A stretch of 64,000 nt of DNA from assembly GCA_963749655.1 (NCBI GenBank), contig CAVVOB010000030.1, positions 160,001-224,000 of the forward strand, read 5' to 3'. This document shows positions 37,922 through 50,608 of the stretch, in pieces. Source of the stretch: Nitrospirota bacterium (GTDB lineage Bacteria; Nitrospirota; UBA9217). Every line of letters starts with the position of its first letter. Within the stretch, counting starts at the first letter, position 1. The position numbers were made by a program, and so were the translations under genes. Under the pieces are notes generated by a model. The model did no database searches. It was not told the DNA's origin and saw only the letters and a list, made by a program, of their open reading frames with translations.

Positions 37922-38329
37922 TCAGCGGATTCCCTTGTCATTCAGGAAGGGTCCGTATTTCCGATCAACCTCGAGGATATGCACGTTCAGCCAGTTGCTG
38001 AGAAACAGCATGGCGTCCCTGGTGATCGCTGGACTGCCTCCCTCGTATTCATTCTTGAGCTGACGCACCTTTTCGGCCAAATAATCATGCATCTGTTTGT
38101 GCTCTTCGAAGTCGGGGTATGCGTACTTCTGGAAAAGACGCTCTTCGGCGTTGAAATGATAGATCGTGTAATCGAGCAGATCGGCCAGAACCCTGCCGAG
38201 CGCCGCCTTCCCATTGCCGCGACGCATGGCGTCATACAAGTCATTAATAAGGGCAATGAGCTTTTTGTGCTGGTCGTCGATTTCAGCAATACCTACCGAA
38301 TAATTTGTGTTCCAGTTAATGAGCGTCAT
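37922..38329 (-). CDS. Bacteriohemerythrin
   Basis: W...YSVG...IDDQH, HFNAEE, HKQMH, WLNVHILEVD. Confidence 0.93.
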   Translation of the reverse strand: MTLINWNTNYSVGIAEIDDQHKKLIALINDLYDAMRRGNGKAALGRVLADLLDYTIYHFNAEERLFQKYAYPDFEEHKQMHDYLAEKVRQLKNEYEGGSPAITRDAMLFLSNWLNVHILEVDRKYGPFLNDKGIR

Positions 38330-38699
38330 AGTAACTCTCCGTTCTTTCAGCATCTCACCCAGCGCTTGAGAGCACGGAAACAGCCGTCTACCCTTTATCG
38401 TATGCGTTTTTGGAAAAGGAAAGCGGAAGGATCCTGATTTGTCCTGCAGGCGGCTTTGCGCCCGTGTCCGGTTATGTATATCATGATGGAATCGTAAGAA
38501 GTCAAGATTTGCCACAAGTAAGGTTCGTAAAGGTAGGCACACAGAAAGCACGGAGGTAAGGCTTTAATAAAGCGGTAATTCTCTCGGAGTCCTCCGCGAC
38601 CTCTGTGGTAAAAAGACTCTTTACAATCGTGCAGCAAGGCCGGGTTCCCGGATTTCTGGTGCGAAATTTTTCCGGCGGTCCCTGCAAACCATCCAGTCT

Positions 38700-40148
38700 T
38701 TACTGCACCATCTTTACGGCTTCCTCGATCCTCCTGGTCGTCCTGGCTTTACCCATGACCTCTATAACGTCGAAGATGCCGGGGCTGACTGTACCCCCGG
38801 TCAGGGCCACACGCACCGGCTGGGCCAGCTTGCCGAGCTTTATGCCTTTTTCCGCGACGATGCCATTGAACACTTTTTCGATTTCATCGTGCGTGAACGG
38901 CTCGACCGACTTCAGACGGGCCGCCAGGTCGGTGAGAAGCGGTGCCACGTCCGCGGTCAGGTGCTTGGCTTTTGCCTTTTCGTCCATCGTGATTGTTTCA
39001 GCGATAAAGGGTATGGCGGCGGTTTTCATTTCGACCAGCGTGTGACTCCGTTCCGTCAGGATCTTCACAAGCTTCTTGAGCCACTCGAGATCCGGTTCTT
39101 TTCCGGAGGCAACGGTGCCATCCTTCTTGAGGAGGTCGAGGAGCAGTCCCGCAGTTCTTCCGGGATCGGCTTGCTGGATATAATGGTGGTTCAGCCAGAG
39201 GCACTTTTCCTGATTAAAGACCGATGGCGCCTTGCCCACGCTTTCGAGAGAGAACTTTTCGATGAGCTCCCTGGCCGAGAAGATTTCCTGATCGCCGTAC
39301 GACCACCCGAGTCGGGCCACGTAATTCACCAGTGCCTCGGGAAGATAGCCGAGGTCCACGTACTCAGTTACTGCGGTCGCACCGTGGCGCTTCGACAGTT
39401 TCGTCTTGTCCGATCCCAGGATCATGGGCAGATGGGCGAAGGCGGGCACATCGAAACCCAGGGCCTGGTAGATTTGGATCTGGCGCGGCGTGTTATTCAG
39501 ATGGTCGTCCCCGCGAATCACGTGGGAGATCTTCATGGTCACGTCGTCCACGACCACGGCGAAATTGTAGGTCGGGAATCCGTCGGAACGCATGATGATG
39601 AGGTCGTCGAGCTGCCGATTCTCGAACGTAACGGCGCCGCGGATCAGGTCGCGCACCACGGTCTCGCCTTCGTCCGTGGAGTGGAAGCGGAGCACCGGGG
39701 TCCGGCCGGGTATTGGCTCCTTCCGGCCGAGACAGGTACGGTCGTACTTGGGCGGCTTGCCTGCCGCCATGGCGGCCTTTCGCCGCGTTTCGAGCTCCTC
39801 GGGCGAGCAGTAGCAGTAGTAGGCTTTGCCCTCTTTCAGGAGACGATCTGCGTACTCGCGGTAGATCTCCATACGCTCGGTCTGCCGATAGCCCTTTACC
39901 GTCCCGTCCGGCAGAACGGACGGCCCCTCGTCCCAGTCCATGCCGAGCCATTTCATGCCGTCGATGATGATGCGGATGGACTCGTCAGTGGAACGCGCCC
40001 GGTCCGTGTCCTCGATCCTCAGAATGAAGGTTCCCTGGTGATGACGGGCGAACAGCCAGTTGAACAGGGCTGTACGAACGCCGCCGATATGCAATGCCCC
40101 GGTGGGGCTCGGAGCGAAACGGACGCGAACGGGGGGCTGTGTGCTCAT
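38700..40148 (-). CDS. gltX: Glutamate--tRNA ligase
   Basis: RFAPSPTG.LHIGG, KLSKR. Confidence 0.97.
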   Translation of the reverse strand: MSTQPPVRVRFAPSPTGALHIGGVRTALFNWLFARHHQGTFILRIEDTDRARSTDESIRIIIDGMKWLGMDWDEGPSVLPDGTVKGYRQTERMEIYREYADRLLKEGKAYYCYCSPEELETRRKAAMAAGKPPKYDRTCLGRKEPIPGRTPVLRFHSTDEGETVVRDLIRGAVTFENRQLDDLIIMRSDGFPTYNFAVVVDDVTMKISHVIRGDDHLNNTPRQIQIYQALGFDVPAFAHLPMILGSDKTKLSKRHGATAVTEYVDLGYLPEALVNYVARLGWSYGDQEIFSARELIEKFSLESVGKAPSVFNQEKCLWLNHHYIQQADPGRTAGLLLDLLKKDGTVASGKEPDLEWLKKLVKILTERSHTLVEMKTAAIPFIAETITMDEKAKAKHLTADVAPLLTDLAARLKSVEPFTHDEIEKVFNGIVAEKGIKLGKLAQPVRVALTGGTVSPGIFDVIEVMGKARTTRRIEEAVKMVQ

Positions 40149-40361
40149 GGCGCGGTAAACTCCTTGGATAGAAGGTCGTAGTTTCGAAACAAGACGGCAT
40201 TATAACAAATTCCGGTTCTGATCGAAAGCAAATTCACGGGAATAGTATCCCTTTGCGAGCGTCCGAATAGACGGCCTAAGTCGGCAATTTTTCGGTCAAA
40301 CCGGGCATGCCGGACCGCTTTGTGCCGGTATCGGTCCCGGAATAGTTATAAAATGGGCCAT

Positions 40362-40390
40362 TTGACAAAGAGCAGTCTCTCGGCTATGCT
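40362..40390 (+). promoter_or_regulatory. Sigma70-like promoter
   Basis: TTGACA-N17-TATGCT upstream of the 40501 gene. Confidence 0.6.
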
Positions 40391-40500
40391 TTAAATAGTC
40401 TATAGCTGCAGTTTGAGCTCTGTCGTCAACGGTCGTCTGTCGTCGGGCAGGTGGTCGTTTCTTACATGACAAATCAATTTCGGTTTTTGGGAGGTGCTCC

Positions 40501-40947
40501 ATGGATATCAGAGTACTGACGACTGCGCCGGTTGTCGAGATCGACGGCATCAAATATCATCACCATCCGAACGGCGGAGGCATGGTGGCCGAAACTGCAC
40601 AGGTTGCCGATTCTGTGTACGTGGGCCCCTTTGCCAAGATCTGCGGCCGATGCAAGCTGAGCGGCGAGGCGTTCGTCTTCGGAAACGCATGGATCTTCGA
40701 TAAGGCCGAGATCTCAGGCAGGGCGGAGATTTTCGGAAATTCGAGGGTGTTCGGCAACGCACAGGTGACGGGAGATGCAAAGGTATTCGGCTTCTCGAGC
40801 GTATACGGCGATGCCGTGATCGGCGGCTTCTGCGAGGTGTCTGAAAAGGCTGAGGTCGGCGGCAATGCCCATCTCTTAGGCAATGCCCGGATTGCCGGAG
40901 AAACAAAGGTGCTGGGCGAGACCGCTGCAACGAAAAAGGTTGCCTAG
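40501..40947 (+). CDS. Left-handed beta-helix (hexapeptide repeat) protein
   Basis: HPNGGG.VA, then repeated V/I-x-G-N/D-A units. Confidence 0.8.
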   Translation: MDIRVLTTAPVVEIDGIKYHHHPNGGGMVAETAQVADSVYVGPFAKICGRCKLSGEAFVFGNAWIFDKAEISGRAEIFGNSRVFGNAQVTGDAKVFGFSSVYGDAVIGGFCEVSEKAEVGGNAHLLGNARIAGETKVLGETAATKKVA

Positions 40948-41014
40948 GAGGCAAGCTATTGCGGGACTTTCAGTCCGGTCGGGAGTAGTGGGCCTGTAAT
41001 AGTAATCAGGAGAA

Positions 41015-41053
41015 TAAAAAAAGGGACGGTTCATTGAACCGTCCCTTTTTTAT
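41015..41053. terminator. Bidirectional intrinsic terminator
   Basis: AAAAAAAGGGACGGTTCA-T-TGAACCGTCCCTTTTTTT. Confidence 0.85.
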
Positions 41054-41078
41054 TGAACTGTGCGAACGCTTCGGGTGA

Positions 41079-41525
<447 letters not shown>

Positions 41526-41537
41526 TCATGGAATTAA

Positions 41538-42224
41538 TTAGTGATGATCGCCGCCGCCGATGTGCGCTGCCTCGATCGAGCCCGACAAATAGAGCATCGT
41601 CAGGAGCATGAACACGCCGGCCTGTACGAAGGAGACCAGGAGGCCGAGTCCGAGGATCGGAACGGGCGCAATATACGGCGCCAGGAGCGCCAGAACGAGC
41701 AGCAGCTTGTGTTTCGCCACCATGTTGCCGAAGAGACGAAAGGTGAGCGACATGACGCGGGCGAAGTGACTGATGACTTCAATGGGGAACATGAGCGGCG
41801 CAAGGCCCCACATGGGTCCCATGAAATGCTTGATGTAGCCCACGCCGTGCCGGCGAACGCCGATATAATGAGTGGCCGCGAACGATACGAGCGCGAGGGC
41901 CAGAGTAGTGTTGATGTTCGCAGTGGGCGAATCGAACCCCGGGAACAGACCCTGGAGGTTGCACACCAGAATGAAGAGGAAAAGCGTGCCAATGAGGGAC
42001 AGATAATGCCTGCCTTCGGGCCCCATGATCTCCACGATGAAGTTTTCCAGACCGCCGACTACTGTTTCGAGCAGATTTTGTACGCCCGTGGGCGCCTCTT
42101 TTTTGAGTGAGAAGCGGGCGGCGAGCGCAAGGCCGATCAGGATCGCCATCGCAAGCCAGGAATAGGAGACTTGCACGGGGATGCTGGGTGCAAGTGATTC
42201 CAGTATCATCGGTCCTTCTTTCAT
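41538..42224 (-). CDS. atpB: ATP synthase F0 subunit a
   Basis: SPTANIN, SLTFRLFGNM, VQAGVF. Confidence 0.95.
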   Translation of the reverse strand: MKEGPMILESLAPSIPVQVSYSWLAMAILIGLALAARFSLKKEAPTGVQNLLETVVGGLENFIVEIMGPEGRHYLSLIGTLFLFILVCNLQGLFPGFDSPTANINTTLALALVSFAATHYIGVRRHGVGYIKHFMGPMWGLAPLMFPIEVISHFARVMSLTFRLFGNMVAKHKLLLVLALLAPYIAPVPILGLGLLVSFVQAGVFMLLTMLYLSGSIEAAHIGGGDHH

Positions 42225-42499
42225 GGGTATGCTCCTTTTGGTACGGTTAGAAACACAAAAAATCTACAGGAACCCCTGTTTTTTGTCAAGGAAAAACCCG
42301 GAACGATCTCATAAAATTTCTTAATAATCATATATATGATTGTTTATAAAATAGAGCAAAGGTTTATCGCGGACGAAGGTTGTGCGGCCTTGCAATGACA
42401 GGACAATTGGTCTATCTTTCATGGCAGGGGCGGCCTCGGAGCGTCGAATCCGGTCCCGTGAGCGGCAACGAGTGCGGCATAATGAGGGGATGATCTGGA

Positions 42500-43945
42500 A
42501 TGTCACAGTCCTGTTTCATCGGTGTGGATCAGGGGAGCAGTGCAACCAAGGCACTGGTACTGACCAATGAGGGCCAAATTCTGTATCAGACGCGCAGGAA
42601 CCTCACCGACGCCATGCGCGAGGGGGCACGTATCGAGCAGGATCCGCAGGAGATACTGAGATCCATACGGTCGGTTTTGGACGATGCCGTCGACGAAATG
42701 CAGAGGAATGGGATCGTTGTGCGGGGAATCGGCCTGTCGTGTCAGCGGTCATCCTGCCTCGCCTGGAACGAACCGACAGGCGATCCGATCTCCCCGGTCA
42801 TCAGCTGGCGTGACAGGCGCGGCATGGACTTCGTAGACCGGCTTGGCCGTCACTCAGATATGATCTTCGCACGGTCAGGACTGCCGCTTACCCCGTATTA
42901 CTCAGCATCCAAGTTCCGCTGGCTTCGCAACACGATCGAAGACCCGGAGGCAATCTATGGTACCCTCAGCAGTTTCCTCATTCAACAGCTGACCGGAAAT
43001 AAGGTCGCAGTGGCGGACCATACCAGTGCCGCCAGGACGCAGCTCATGAACATCCGGACCCTTACATGGGATTCCGGATTGTGCGAGGTTTTCGAGCTCC
43101 CGGGAATCAGGCTGCCCCGCATCGCTCCTACCCTCCACAACTTCGGTCGCGTCGCAACGCCGGCCGGACCGGTGCCGATCCTTGCCAGTATCGGGGACCA
43201 GCAGGCTGCTCTGGTCGGACTCGGAGTGGTCGAAAAGGGAGACGGCGGAATCAATTATGGAACCGGCGGATTTCTCATGGTGAATACGGGCACCGACCTT
43301 GTCCCTGCGCGCAGACTGATGGCATCGATTCACTATTCGACCGACAGGGAGCAACGGTACCTACTCGAAGGAAGCGTGAATGCAGTGGGCGACGCCCTGG
43401 AATGGGCACGGACCGGCCTCTCGCTGTTCGCCGAACCGGCGGACGTTGATGCCCTGTGCTGGAGGGCCGCGACTGATGTGACTGCGTTTTGCGGTTTGAA
43501 CGGGACCGGGGCGCCTCATTGGGAGCGGGAAATTTCGAGTTCATTCCACGGCCTGTCTTCAGAAAGTACGAATGCCGACATGCTCCGTGCCATCGTGGAA
43601 GGAATAGTCTTTTTCATGAAGGACATTGCAGATGAACTGGCTGCGAGCTTCATTGAACCGTCGTCGTATGCGCTTTCAGGGGGTCTGTCTGCGGTCACGT
43701 ATCTTGCCCGGGCGCAGGCAGATATTCTGGGGAAGGACATCCGGGTCAGCTCATCGACGGAAGCTTCGGCCCTTGGGGCGGCAATGCTTGCCGGCATGCA
43801 ATACGGGGCCTGGACGGCCGCTGATATAAAAACGATGTCGCTGCCCGGTGAGATCGTTCGGGGAACGGCAAATCCCGGCCTCGAACGACGGTACCGCCGG
43901 TGGAAGGAACTCCACAGGATGACGAAGGCGCTCGATGAGCTGTAA
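42500..43945 (+). CDS. FGGY family carbohydrate kinase (glycerol kinase-like)
   Basis: GVDQGSSATKA, EQDP, GDQQAAL, YGTGGF, GAPHW. Confidence 0.88.
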   Translation: MSQSCFIGVDQGSSATKALVLTNEGQILYQTRRNLTDAMREGARIEQDPQEILRSIRSVLDDAVDEMQRNGIVVRGIGLSCQRSSCLAWNEPTGDPISPVISWRDRRGMDFVDRLGRHSDMIFARSGLPLTPYYSASKFRWLRNTIEDPEAIYGTLSSFLIQQLTGNKVAVADHTSAARTQLMNIRTLTWDSGLCEVFELPGIRLPRIAPTLHNFGRVATPAGPVPILASIGDQQAALVGLGVVEKGDGGINYGTGGFLMVNTGTDLVPARRLMASIHYSTDREQRYLLEGSVNAVGDALEWARTGLSLFAEPADVDALCWRAATDVTAFCGLNGTGAPHWEREISSSFHGLSSESTNADMLRAIVEGIVFFMKDIADELAASFIEPSSYALSGGLSAVTYLARAQADILGKDIRVSSSTEASALGAAMLAGMQYGAWTAADIKTMSLPGEIVRGTANPGLERRYRRWKELHRMTKALDEL

Positions 43946-44246
43946 ACTGTACCGCGTTGGTCGGTGAGTGAAGGTGCTGTTCCGGAATAGACGCCGGCCT
44001 TATCCCGTGCGGGTATTTTCCCTTTCCCGGATGGAGAGCCAACAATGCAAAAAGCTGCACCATGTAACATCCTTCCGTGCTGGTAAGGATTTCTTTCAGC
44101 ATTTTTTTTCAATAGTTGCCTTTGCGCGCTTCTGCTCTCCGTAACAAAGTACTTGCCTTCTCAGCGTTGATGTAGTATTTTCCCCGAGAAAATGCACTTA
44201 TGATGAAGCGTTCTTATTTGTTCGTTCCGTTCAGGAGGATGTTGCC

Positions 44247-44912
44247 GTGAAACGAATCACCTGTCTTGCAGTGATGCTTTGTATCGTTGTTCTTGCCGGA
44301 TGCGCGTCAATCGTCGGTCCCTCTAGCGACGATCCGGCGGTGAAGCTGAAATGGGCGTCGGAACTGTTCAACAGCAAAGACGAACCGGCCGAGGCGGAGG
44401 AGCTGATTCGCGAGGCGATCAGGATCTACAAAAAAGAAAATAACCAGCTCGGTCTCGCCGAAGCATACCGGCAATATGGACTCTTTTATCGGTCGAATGC
44501 CGTTGTTAAATTCGAGTTCTATTTCCGCGAGAAGGGTTTCGAAGAACATACCGTCAAATACGACCAGCGATATGAGAAGGCGATCGAGTGTTTCAGCAAA
44601 GCCAGAGACCTCTTCGCGGACTACGGACACATCGACAAGGTGTCCAACCTCTACATCAGCCTTGCCAAAACATACGATATGATGAATCGCCAGAAGGAAG
44701 CCTGCGACGCGTACAACAAGGGGCTTGAGAATTTTACCGCCTACAAGCAGCAGAATCCCGAGGCGCTTGAGTTGCGCTCCGAAGAGATGCAGAGGTATAC
44801 GGAGTACATCGGCATCATGAAAAAGCAGTCCGGTTGTCCGGAAGAGGCTGCCACCGGTGGCGGCACGGGTAGTGAGCGCGGAGAGCAGGGCAGGGACAGG
44901 AAGGCGACGTAG
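44247..44912 (+). CDS. TPR-like lipoprotein
   Basis: Lipobox LAGC followed by helical repeats. Confidence 0.75.
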   Translation: MKRITCLAVMLCIVVLAGCASIVGPSSDDPAVKLKWASELFNSKDEPAEAEELIREAIRIYKKENNQLGLAEAYRQYGLFYRSNAVVKFEFYFREKGFEEHTVKYDQRYEKAIECFSKARDLFADYGHIDKVSNLYISLAKTYDMMNRQKEACDAYNKGLENFTAYKQQNPEALELRSEEMQRYTEYIGIMKKQSGCPEEAATGGGTGSERGEQGRDRKAT

Positions 44913-44989
44913 AACAGCAAAGGGTAAATAAAAGGCCCTGTCGACGCACATGCGGGGGGCCTGGGTAATACACGGAATAGGCGCGGCTT

Positions 44990-46343
<1,354 letters not shown>

Positions 46344-46400
46344 TTAACAAGACCGGGGCAGCTGCCTGCCCCGGTCGCAACGAAACATGGTTCCCGGTGG

Positions 46401-47285
46401 CTATTTGAGCTGTGCCGCCACTTCGTCGGCGAAGTTTTCCTTCTTCTTTTCAATGCCCTCGCCGAGCTGGAATCGGACAAATCGGTTTATAACGGTGTTG
46501 TCACCCGACTTCTTCAGGACGTCCCTGACCTTCAGCTTTCCGTCGGGGTCCTTGATGTAGATCTGATCCATCAGGCAGGAGTCGGAGTAGAATTTTTCAA
46601 GTTTCCCTTCGACGATTTTGCCGATGACGGCCGCAGGCTTGCCCGATTCCTTGGCCTGTCCTTCGTAGACCGAGCGTTCGCGGGCGAGAATATCAGCCGG
46701 GACCGTCTCACGGTTCAGAAATTGCGGGTTCGCGGCAGCGATGTGCATGGCGATGTCTTTGCCCAGCTGTTCGTTCCCGCCGGAATAATCCACCATGACC
46801 CCGATACGGTTGCCGTGAAGATACACTGCGATCTGGCCCGAGGTCTCATAGCTCTGGAAGCGCCGGATAGCGATATTTTCACCGATTTTCTGGACCAGGG
46901 CGTTTCTGCGTGCTTCAATGTTGTCACCGTCGATGGTCAGCAATGAAAGTGCCGCGACGTCCGCGGGCTTTTTTGCAGCTACGAGTTCGGCCAGCCCCTT
47001 GGCGAATTTCTGGAACTCTTCGTTCTTCGCAACGAAATCGGTTTCGCTGTTTACCTCGATCAGAACCCCTGTCTTGCCGCTGTTCTGGATTGAAGATGCG
47101 ATCATGCCTTCTGCCGCCACGCGCGATGCCTTTTTCGCTGCCGCAGACAGCCCTTTTTTCCTCAGGATGTCGACGGCCTTTTCAAATTCGCCGCCGGCCT
47201 CTTCCAGGGCCTTCTTGGCCTCCATCATGCCGACACCGGTTTTTTCTCTCAGATCCTTGACTGCGCTTGCTGATATTGTTGCCAT
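46401..47285 (-). CDS. tsf: Elongation factor Ts
   Basis: VKDLREKTGVGMM, NSETDFVA, AMHIAA. Confidence 0.97.
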   Translation of the reverse strand: MATISASAVKDLREKTGVGMMEAKKALEEAGGEFEKAVDILRKKGLSAAAKKASRVAAEGMIASSIQNSGKTGVLIEVNSETDFVAKNEEFQKFAKGLAELVAAKKPADVAALSLLTIDGDNIEARRNALVQKIGENIAIRRFQSYETSGQIAVYLHGNRIGVMVDYSGGNEQLGKDIAMHIAAANPQFLNRETVPADILARERSVYEGQAKESGKPAAVIGKIVEGKLEKFYSDSCLMDQIYIKDPDGKLKVRDVLKKSGDNTVINRFVRFQLGEGIEKKKENFADEVAAQLK

Positions 47286-47334
47286 TTTTGCATAAACCCC
47301 TTTCTTCACTGCCTGCTCCGTCGCTAGGCAGGGT

Positions 47335-48135
47335 CTAAGCCACATCCTCGTCGGCGTCCGTATCTGCCTCTTCTGCCGCGGGCTCTGCTGCGATCGGTTC
47401 GGTTGCACCGGCAGCCTTGGCCGCTTCCATGGCCTCGCCCTGTTCTTTGACGATGGCTTGCCTGCCCTCGATGACGGCATCTGCAATTTTTGACGCCATC
47501 AAACGAATGGCACGAATCGCGTCGTCGTTGCCGGGGATGACATAGTCGATGTTATCGGGATCGCAGTTCGTATCGACAACGGAGACAACGGGGATGTTCA
47601 GTTTGTTCGCTTCCTGGACCGCAATGGTTTCCTTGCGGGGATCGATAACGAAGATCAAGGACGGCGGCTGCGTCATTGATTTAATACCGGACAGGATTCT
47701 TTCCAGCTTGGTGCGTTCCTTTTCGAGGCCAGCGACTTCCTTCTTCGTCAGCTTGTCGTAGGTGCCGTCTTCCTTCATTTTCTCTATTTTTTTGAGCCGG
47801 TCGATACTTTTTCTGATGGTGGCGAAATTGGTCAGCATGCCGCCAAGCCAGCGATTGGAGACATAGTACATGCCGCATCGTTTGGCTTCTTCAGTGATGG
47901 CATCCTGAGCCTGTTTCTTGGTTCCGACAAAAAGGACGTCTTTGCCTTCGGAAGCCGATGTGCGGACAAATTCATAAGCTTCTTTGAAGAGTTTGAGCGT
48001 CTTCTGCAGGTCGATAATGTATATGCCGTTTCGCTCGCCAAAAATATACTTCTTCATCTTGGGGTTCCAGCGTTTGGCCTGATGGCCGAAATGAACCCCT
48101 GCTTCCAACAACTCCTTCATGGTGATCGTGGACAT
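47335..48135 (-). CDS. rpsB: 30S ribosomal protein S2
   Basis: [27 protein letters not shown]. Confidence 0.98.
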   Translation of the reverse strand: MSTITMKELLEAGVHFGHQAKRWNPKMKKYIFGERNGIYIIDLQKTLKLFKEAYEFVRTSASEGKDVLFVGTKKQAQDAITEEAKRCGMYYVSNRWLGGMLTNFATIRKSIDRLKKIEKMKEDGTYDKLTKKEVAGLEKERTKLERILSGIKSMTQPPSLIFVIDPRKETIAVQEANKLNIPVVSVVDTNCDPDNIDYVIPGNDDAIRAIRLMASKIADAVIEGRQAIVKEQGEAMEAAKAAGATEPIAAEPAAEEADTDADEDVA

Positions 48136-48145
48136 GATGTCCCTC

Positions 48146-48235
48146 CTTCGGTTTTACCTCCGCACAGATCCACCCTTCTGCAGACCCTCTTTTTTAGGGG
48201 GCACCCTGCTTAAGGTCCCTGGCGTGTGTAATGTG
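48146..48235 (-). ncRNA. rpsB leader (t44/tff-like autoregulatory RNA)
   Basis: Minus strand reads ACACACGC...GGGTG...GTGCGGAGGTAAAACC directly upstream of rpsB, matching the recalled t44 motif layout. Confidence 0.65.
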
Positions 48236-48432
48236 ATATAGCCTTTCAAAAAGGCGATCCATAAAATACCATAGAGTCAGGTTTATTTCAAGGAAAATGT
48301 ATGCTCATAAGCCGATTTAATTTAAGGTTTATGCCGGGCTTTTTTCGCATTTTTTATTCTGTTTATCCGGTTTTCTCACAGATGCAAAAGAATATAATCG
48401 TAATACTGTTGAAAAAACAACAGGTTTTGTTC

Positions 48433-48448
48433 TGGCACGTCTGATGCA
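48433..48448 (+). promoter_or_regulatory. Sigma54 (-24/-12) promoter
   Basis: TGGCACGTCTGATGCA versus consensus TGGCACG-N4-TTGCW (one mismatch), with an AT-rich upstream region. Confidence 0.7.
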
Positions 48449-48485
48449 GTTATAGGGGTAAAAGAAGGCAAAGGAGGATACGACC

Positions 48486-48830
48486 ATGAAAACAAACATC
48501 TCAAGAAAAGCAGCTTACATCGGTGCAGGAGCGGGTCTGGTCCTGTTTGCTTTGTTCGGTCTTATGCCAGGGAGCCTGTTGGGAGGCGCGGCCGGCATTA
48601 ATATAGCCGGGTGGTTGTTCGGACTTCCGCTTCAGCCCGGACTTGTATCAAGGGCTATTGTCCTTTTGTCCATGCTTACCGGCGTTCTGGTTGCCGGTAT
48701 TGTGATCGTGACGGCAACATCAACAGTTGGCTGGCTTGTCGGAAAGGTTCTTGAATCCGGGATGCAGGCCAAAGAGACGGGCGAAGAAAAAGAATTATCC
48801 AAGGCAACCAAAGTTGACGAAAGGAGATAG
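48486..48830 (+). CDS. Small Gly-rich membrane protein (paralog 1)
   Basis: RBS AGGAGG. GAGAGLVLFALFGLMPGSLLGG. Confidence 0.8.
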   Translation: MKTNISRKAAYIGAGAGLVLFALFGLMPGSLLGGAAGINIAGWLFGLPLQPGLVSRAIVLLSMLTGVLVAGIVIVTATSTVGWLVGKVLESGMQAKETGEEKELSKATKVDERR

Positions 48831-48832
48831 CT

Positions 48833-49150
48833 ATGAAAAACGAAACAGTAAAGACGGGGATGAAGATAGGCGCAGTGGCGGGCGGACTTGTGTTTCTGGT
48901 TTTCGGAATCATGCCGGGGTTCTACTTTGGAAGTTATGGTACTCTTATCCTGCTTCAGAAGTTGATGGGCGGAACTGTTGAGCCTACGCTGATTGTTCGT
49001 GCAGTGGTGGTTATGGGAATCGTGGTCGGAATCGCCTGCGCAGCTGCAGTGAGCATCGTCGTCGGGGGACTTCTCGGTACGGCTTTGGGGTTTATCGTGT
49101 CCGCGCCAAGCGCAGTCCGCGAAAAACAGGCGGCTTCAGAGAAAGGATAA
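48833..49150 (+). CDS. Small Gly-rich membrane protein (paralog 2)
   Basis: RBS AGGAG. GAVAGGLVFLVFGIMPGFYFGS. Confidence 0.8.
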   Translation: MKNETVKTGMKIGAVAGGLVFLVFGIMPGFYFGSYGTLILLQKLMGGTVEPTLIVRAVVVMGIVVGIACAAAVSIVVGGLLGTALGFIVSAPSAVREKQAASEKG

Positions 49151-49244
49151 TGGATTCTATTCCCTGAATGCAGGATTTTTGTACGGCTTGCGCTATTGGT
49201 GCAGCAAACAGGCTCTTCTAAAGAGCAAAAAGCGTTAAAACTAG

Positions 49245-49284
49245 ACAGCAATGGCGGTGATCACTCACCGCCATTGCTGTTTTT
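49245..49284 (+). terminator. Intrinsic terminator
   Basis: ACAGCAATGGCGGTGA-tcac-TCACCGCCATTGCTGT followed by Ts. Confidence 0.8.
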
Positions 49285-49425
49285 AAAGGCAGACTTGTCC
49301 ATTTTGCTGGGGAAGGGGAAGCGTTGATGATGAATATAACATTTTGATATAATGATATTTTATAGCACCTGCTCCTAGGTCCGCACCCTTCAGGATGCGT
49401 AGCCATAACGAGCATACAAAAAGGC

Positions 49426-49454
49426 TTGACAAAAAAGACAAAATTGTTTATATT
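49426..49454 (+). promoter_or_regulatory. Sigma70 promoter of rplM-rpsI
   Basis: TTGACA-N17-TATATT. Confidence 0.7.
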
Positions 49455-49501
49455 CGCGTTTCTTGATAATTACTAATATTTCATCAACAAGGTGGTTAAG
49501 T

Positions 49502-49933
49502 ATGGGAACGTTCTCAGCAAAAAAAGAAGATGTCAAGAGGAGCTGGCATATCGTCGATGCGAACGGCAAGACTCTCGGCAGGCTTGCAACGGTTGTGGCC
49601 TCGGTACTAAAAGGCAAGACCAAGCCTATTTATACGCGGCATGTGGATACTGGCGATTTTGTGATTGTTGTGAACGCCGAGAAAATACATTTGACCGGTA
49701 AAAAGCTTGAGCAAAAAAATTATTACAGCCATTCCGGCTTCCCCGGAGGGCTTAAGACTATCACCGCGGGCAAACTTCTCAAGACCAAGCCCGAACAGGT
49801 TCTGGTGAAAGCTGTAGAAGGAATGCTCCCGAAAACCCAGTTGGGCAAGCAAATGCTCTCCAAGCTGAAGGTATATGCCGGGGAAAAACACCCGCATATC
49901 GCGCAGCAGCCGGCGGAGTTGAAGATTAAATAA
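49502..49933 (+). CDS. rplM: 50S ribosomal protein L13
   Basis: [33 protein letters not shown]. Confidence 0.98.
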   Translation: MGTFSAKKEDVKRSWHIVDANGKTLGRLATVVASVLKGKTKPIYTRHVDTGDFVIVVNAEKIHLTGKKLEQKNYYSHSGFPGGLKTITAGKLLKTKPEQVLVKAVEGMLPKTQLGKQMLSKLKVYAGEKHPHIAQQPAELKIK

Positions 49934-49955
49934 CGATTCGGAACGCGTCAGGAGG

Positions 49956-50363
49956 ATGTTAATGTCAGCGGCAACAGTATCGAGATATTATGCAACAGGC
50001 AGACGAAAAAATTCCATCGCTCGTGTATGGATGATGCCGGGATCCGGGAAGGTCACCATCAACGACCGGCCCATGGACCAGTACTTCGGCAGGGACGTGC
50101 TGAAAATGATCATTCGACAGCCTTTTGAAGTAACCGGTACTGTCGATAAATTCGATGTCCTCGTAAGCGTGCTCGGAGGGGGTAATTCCGGCCAGGCAGG
50201 CGCCATCAGGCACGGCATTTCCAAGGCGCTGCTTGCCGTCGACGCAGAATCACGCGTCAAACTCCGTAAAGAAGGGCTTCTGACCCGCGATCCTCGCGCC
50301 AAGGAGCGCAAGAAGTATGGTCAGAAGGGAGCCCGTGCGCGGTTCCAGTTCTCCAAGAGATAA
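49956..50363 (+). CDS. rpsI: 30S ribosomal protein S9
   Basis: [25 protein letters not shown]...QFSKR. Confidence 0.98.
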   Translation: MLMSAATVSRYYATGRRKNSIARVWMMPGSGKVTINDRPMDQYFGRDVLKMIIRQPFEVTGTVDKFDVLVSVLGGGNSGQAGAIRHGISKALLAVDAESRVKLRKEGLLTRDPRAKERKKYGQKGARARFQFSKR

Positions 50364-50416
50364 GGGATCATATACCTAAATCTGTGTTCTTGCAAGTTGC
50401 AGATCCTGTTCAGTTC

Positions 50417-50447
50417 AAGGGAAGGTAGAGATGCCTTCCCTTTTTTT
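50417..50447 (+). terminator. Intrinsic terminator after rpsI
   Basis: AAGGGAAGG...CCTTCCCTTTTTTT. Confidence 0.8.
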
Positions 50448-50608
50448 GTTGTCTTGTGAGCGGTAGCCATGAGCCGGCCCTGATCTTCGTGACGCAGTTC
50501 CGCGTCTCCCGGCTGCGGGAGCTGCAGGAGATGGGAAGGCGCATCGTTTTGAGCTGAAGGGGGTCAGGGGGGCTTTTTGATTTAGCTGGCTGCAGGATGG
50601 ACGTTACC

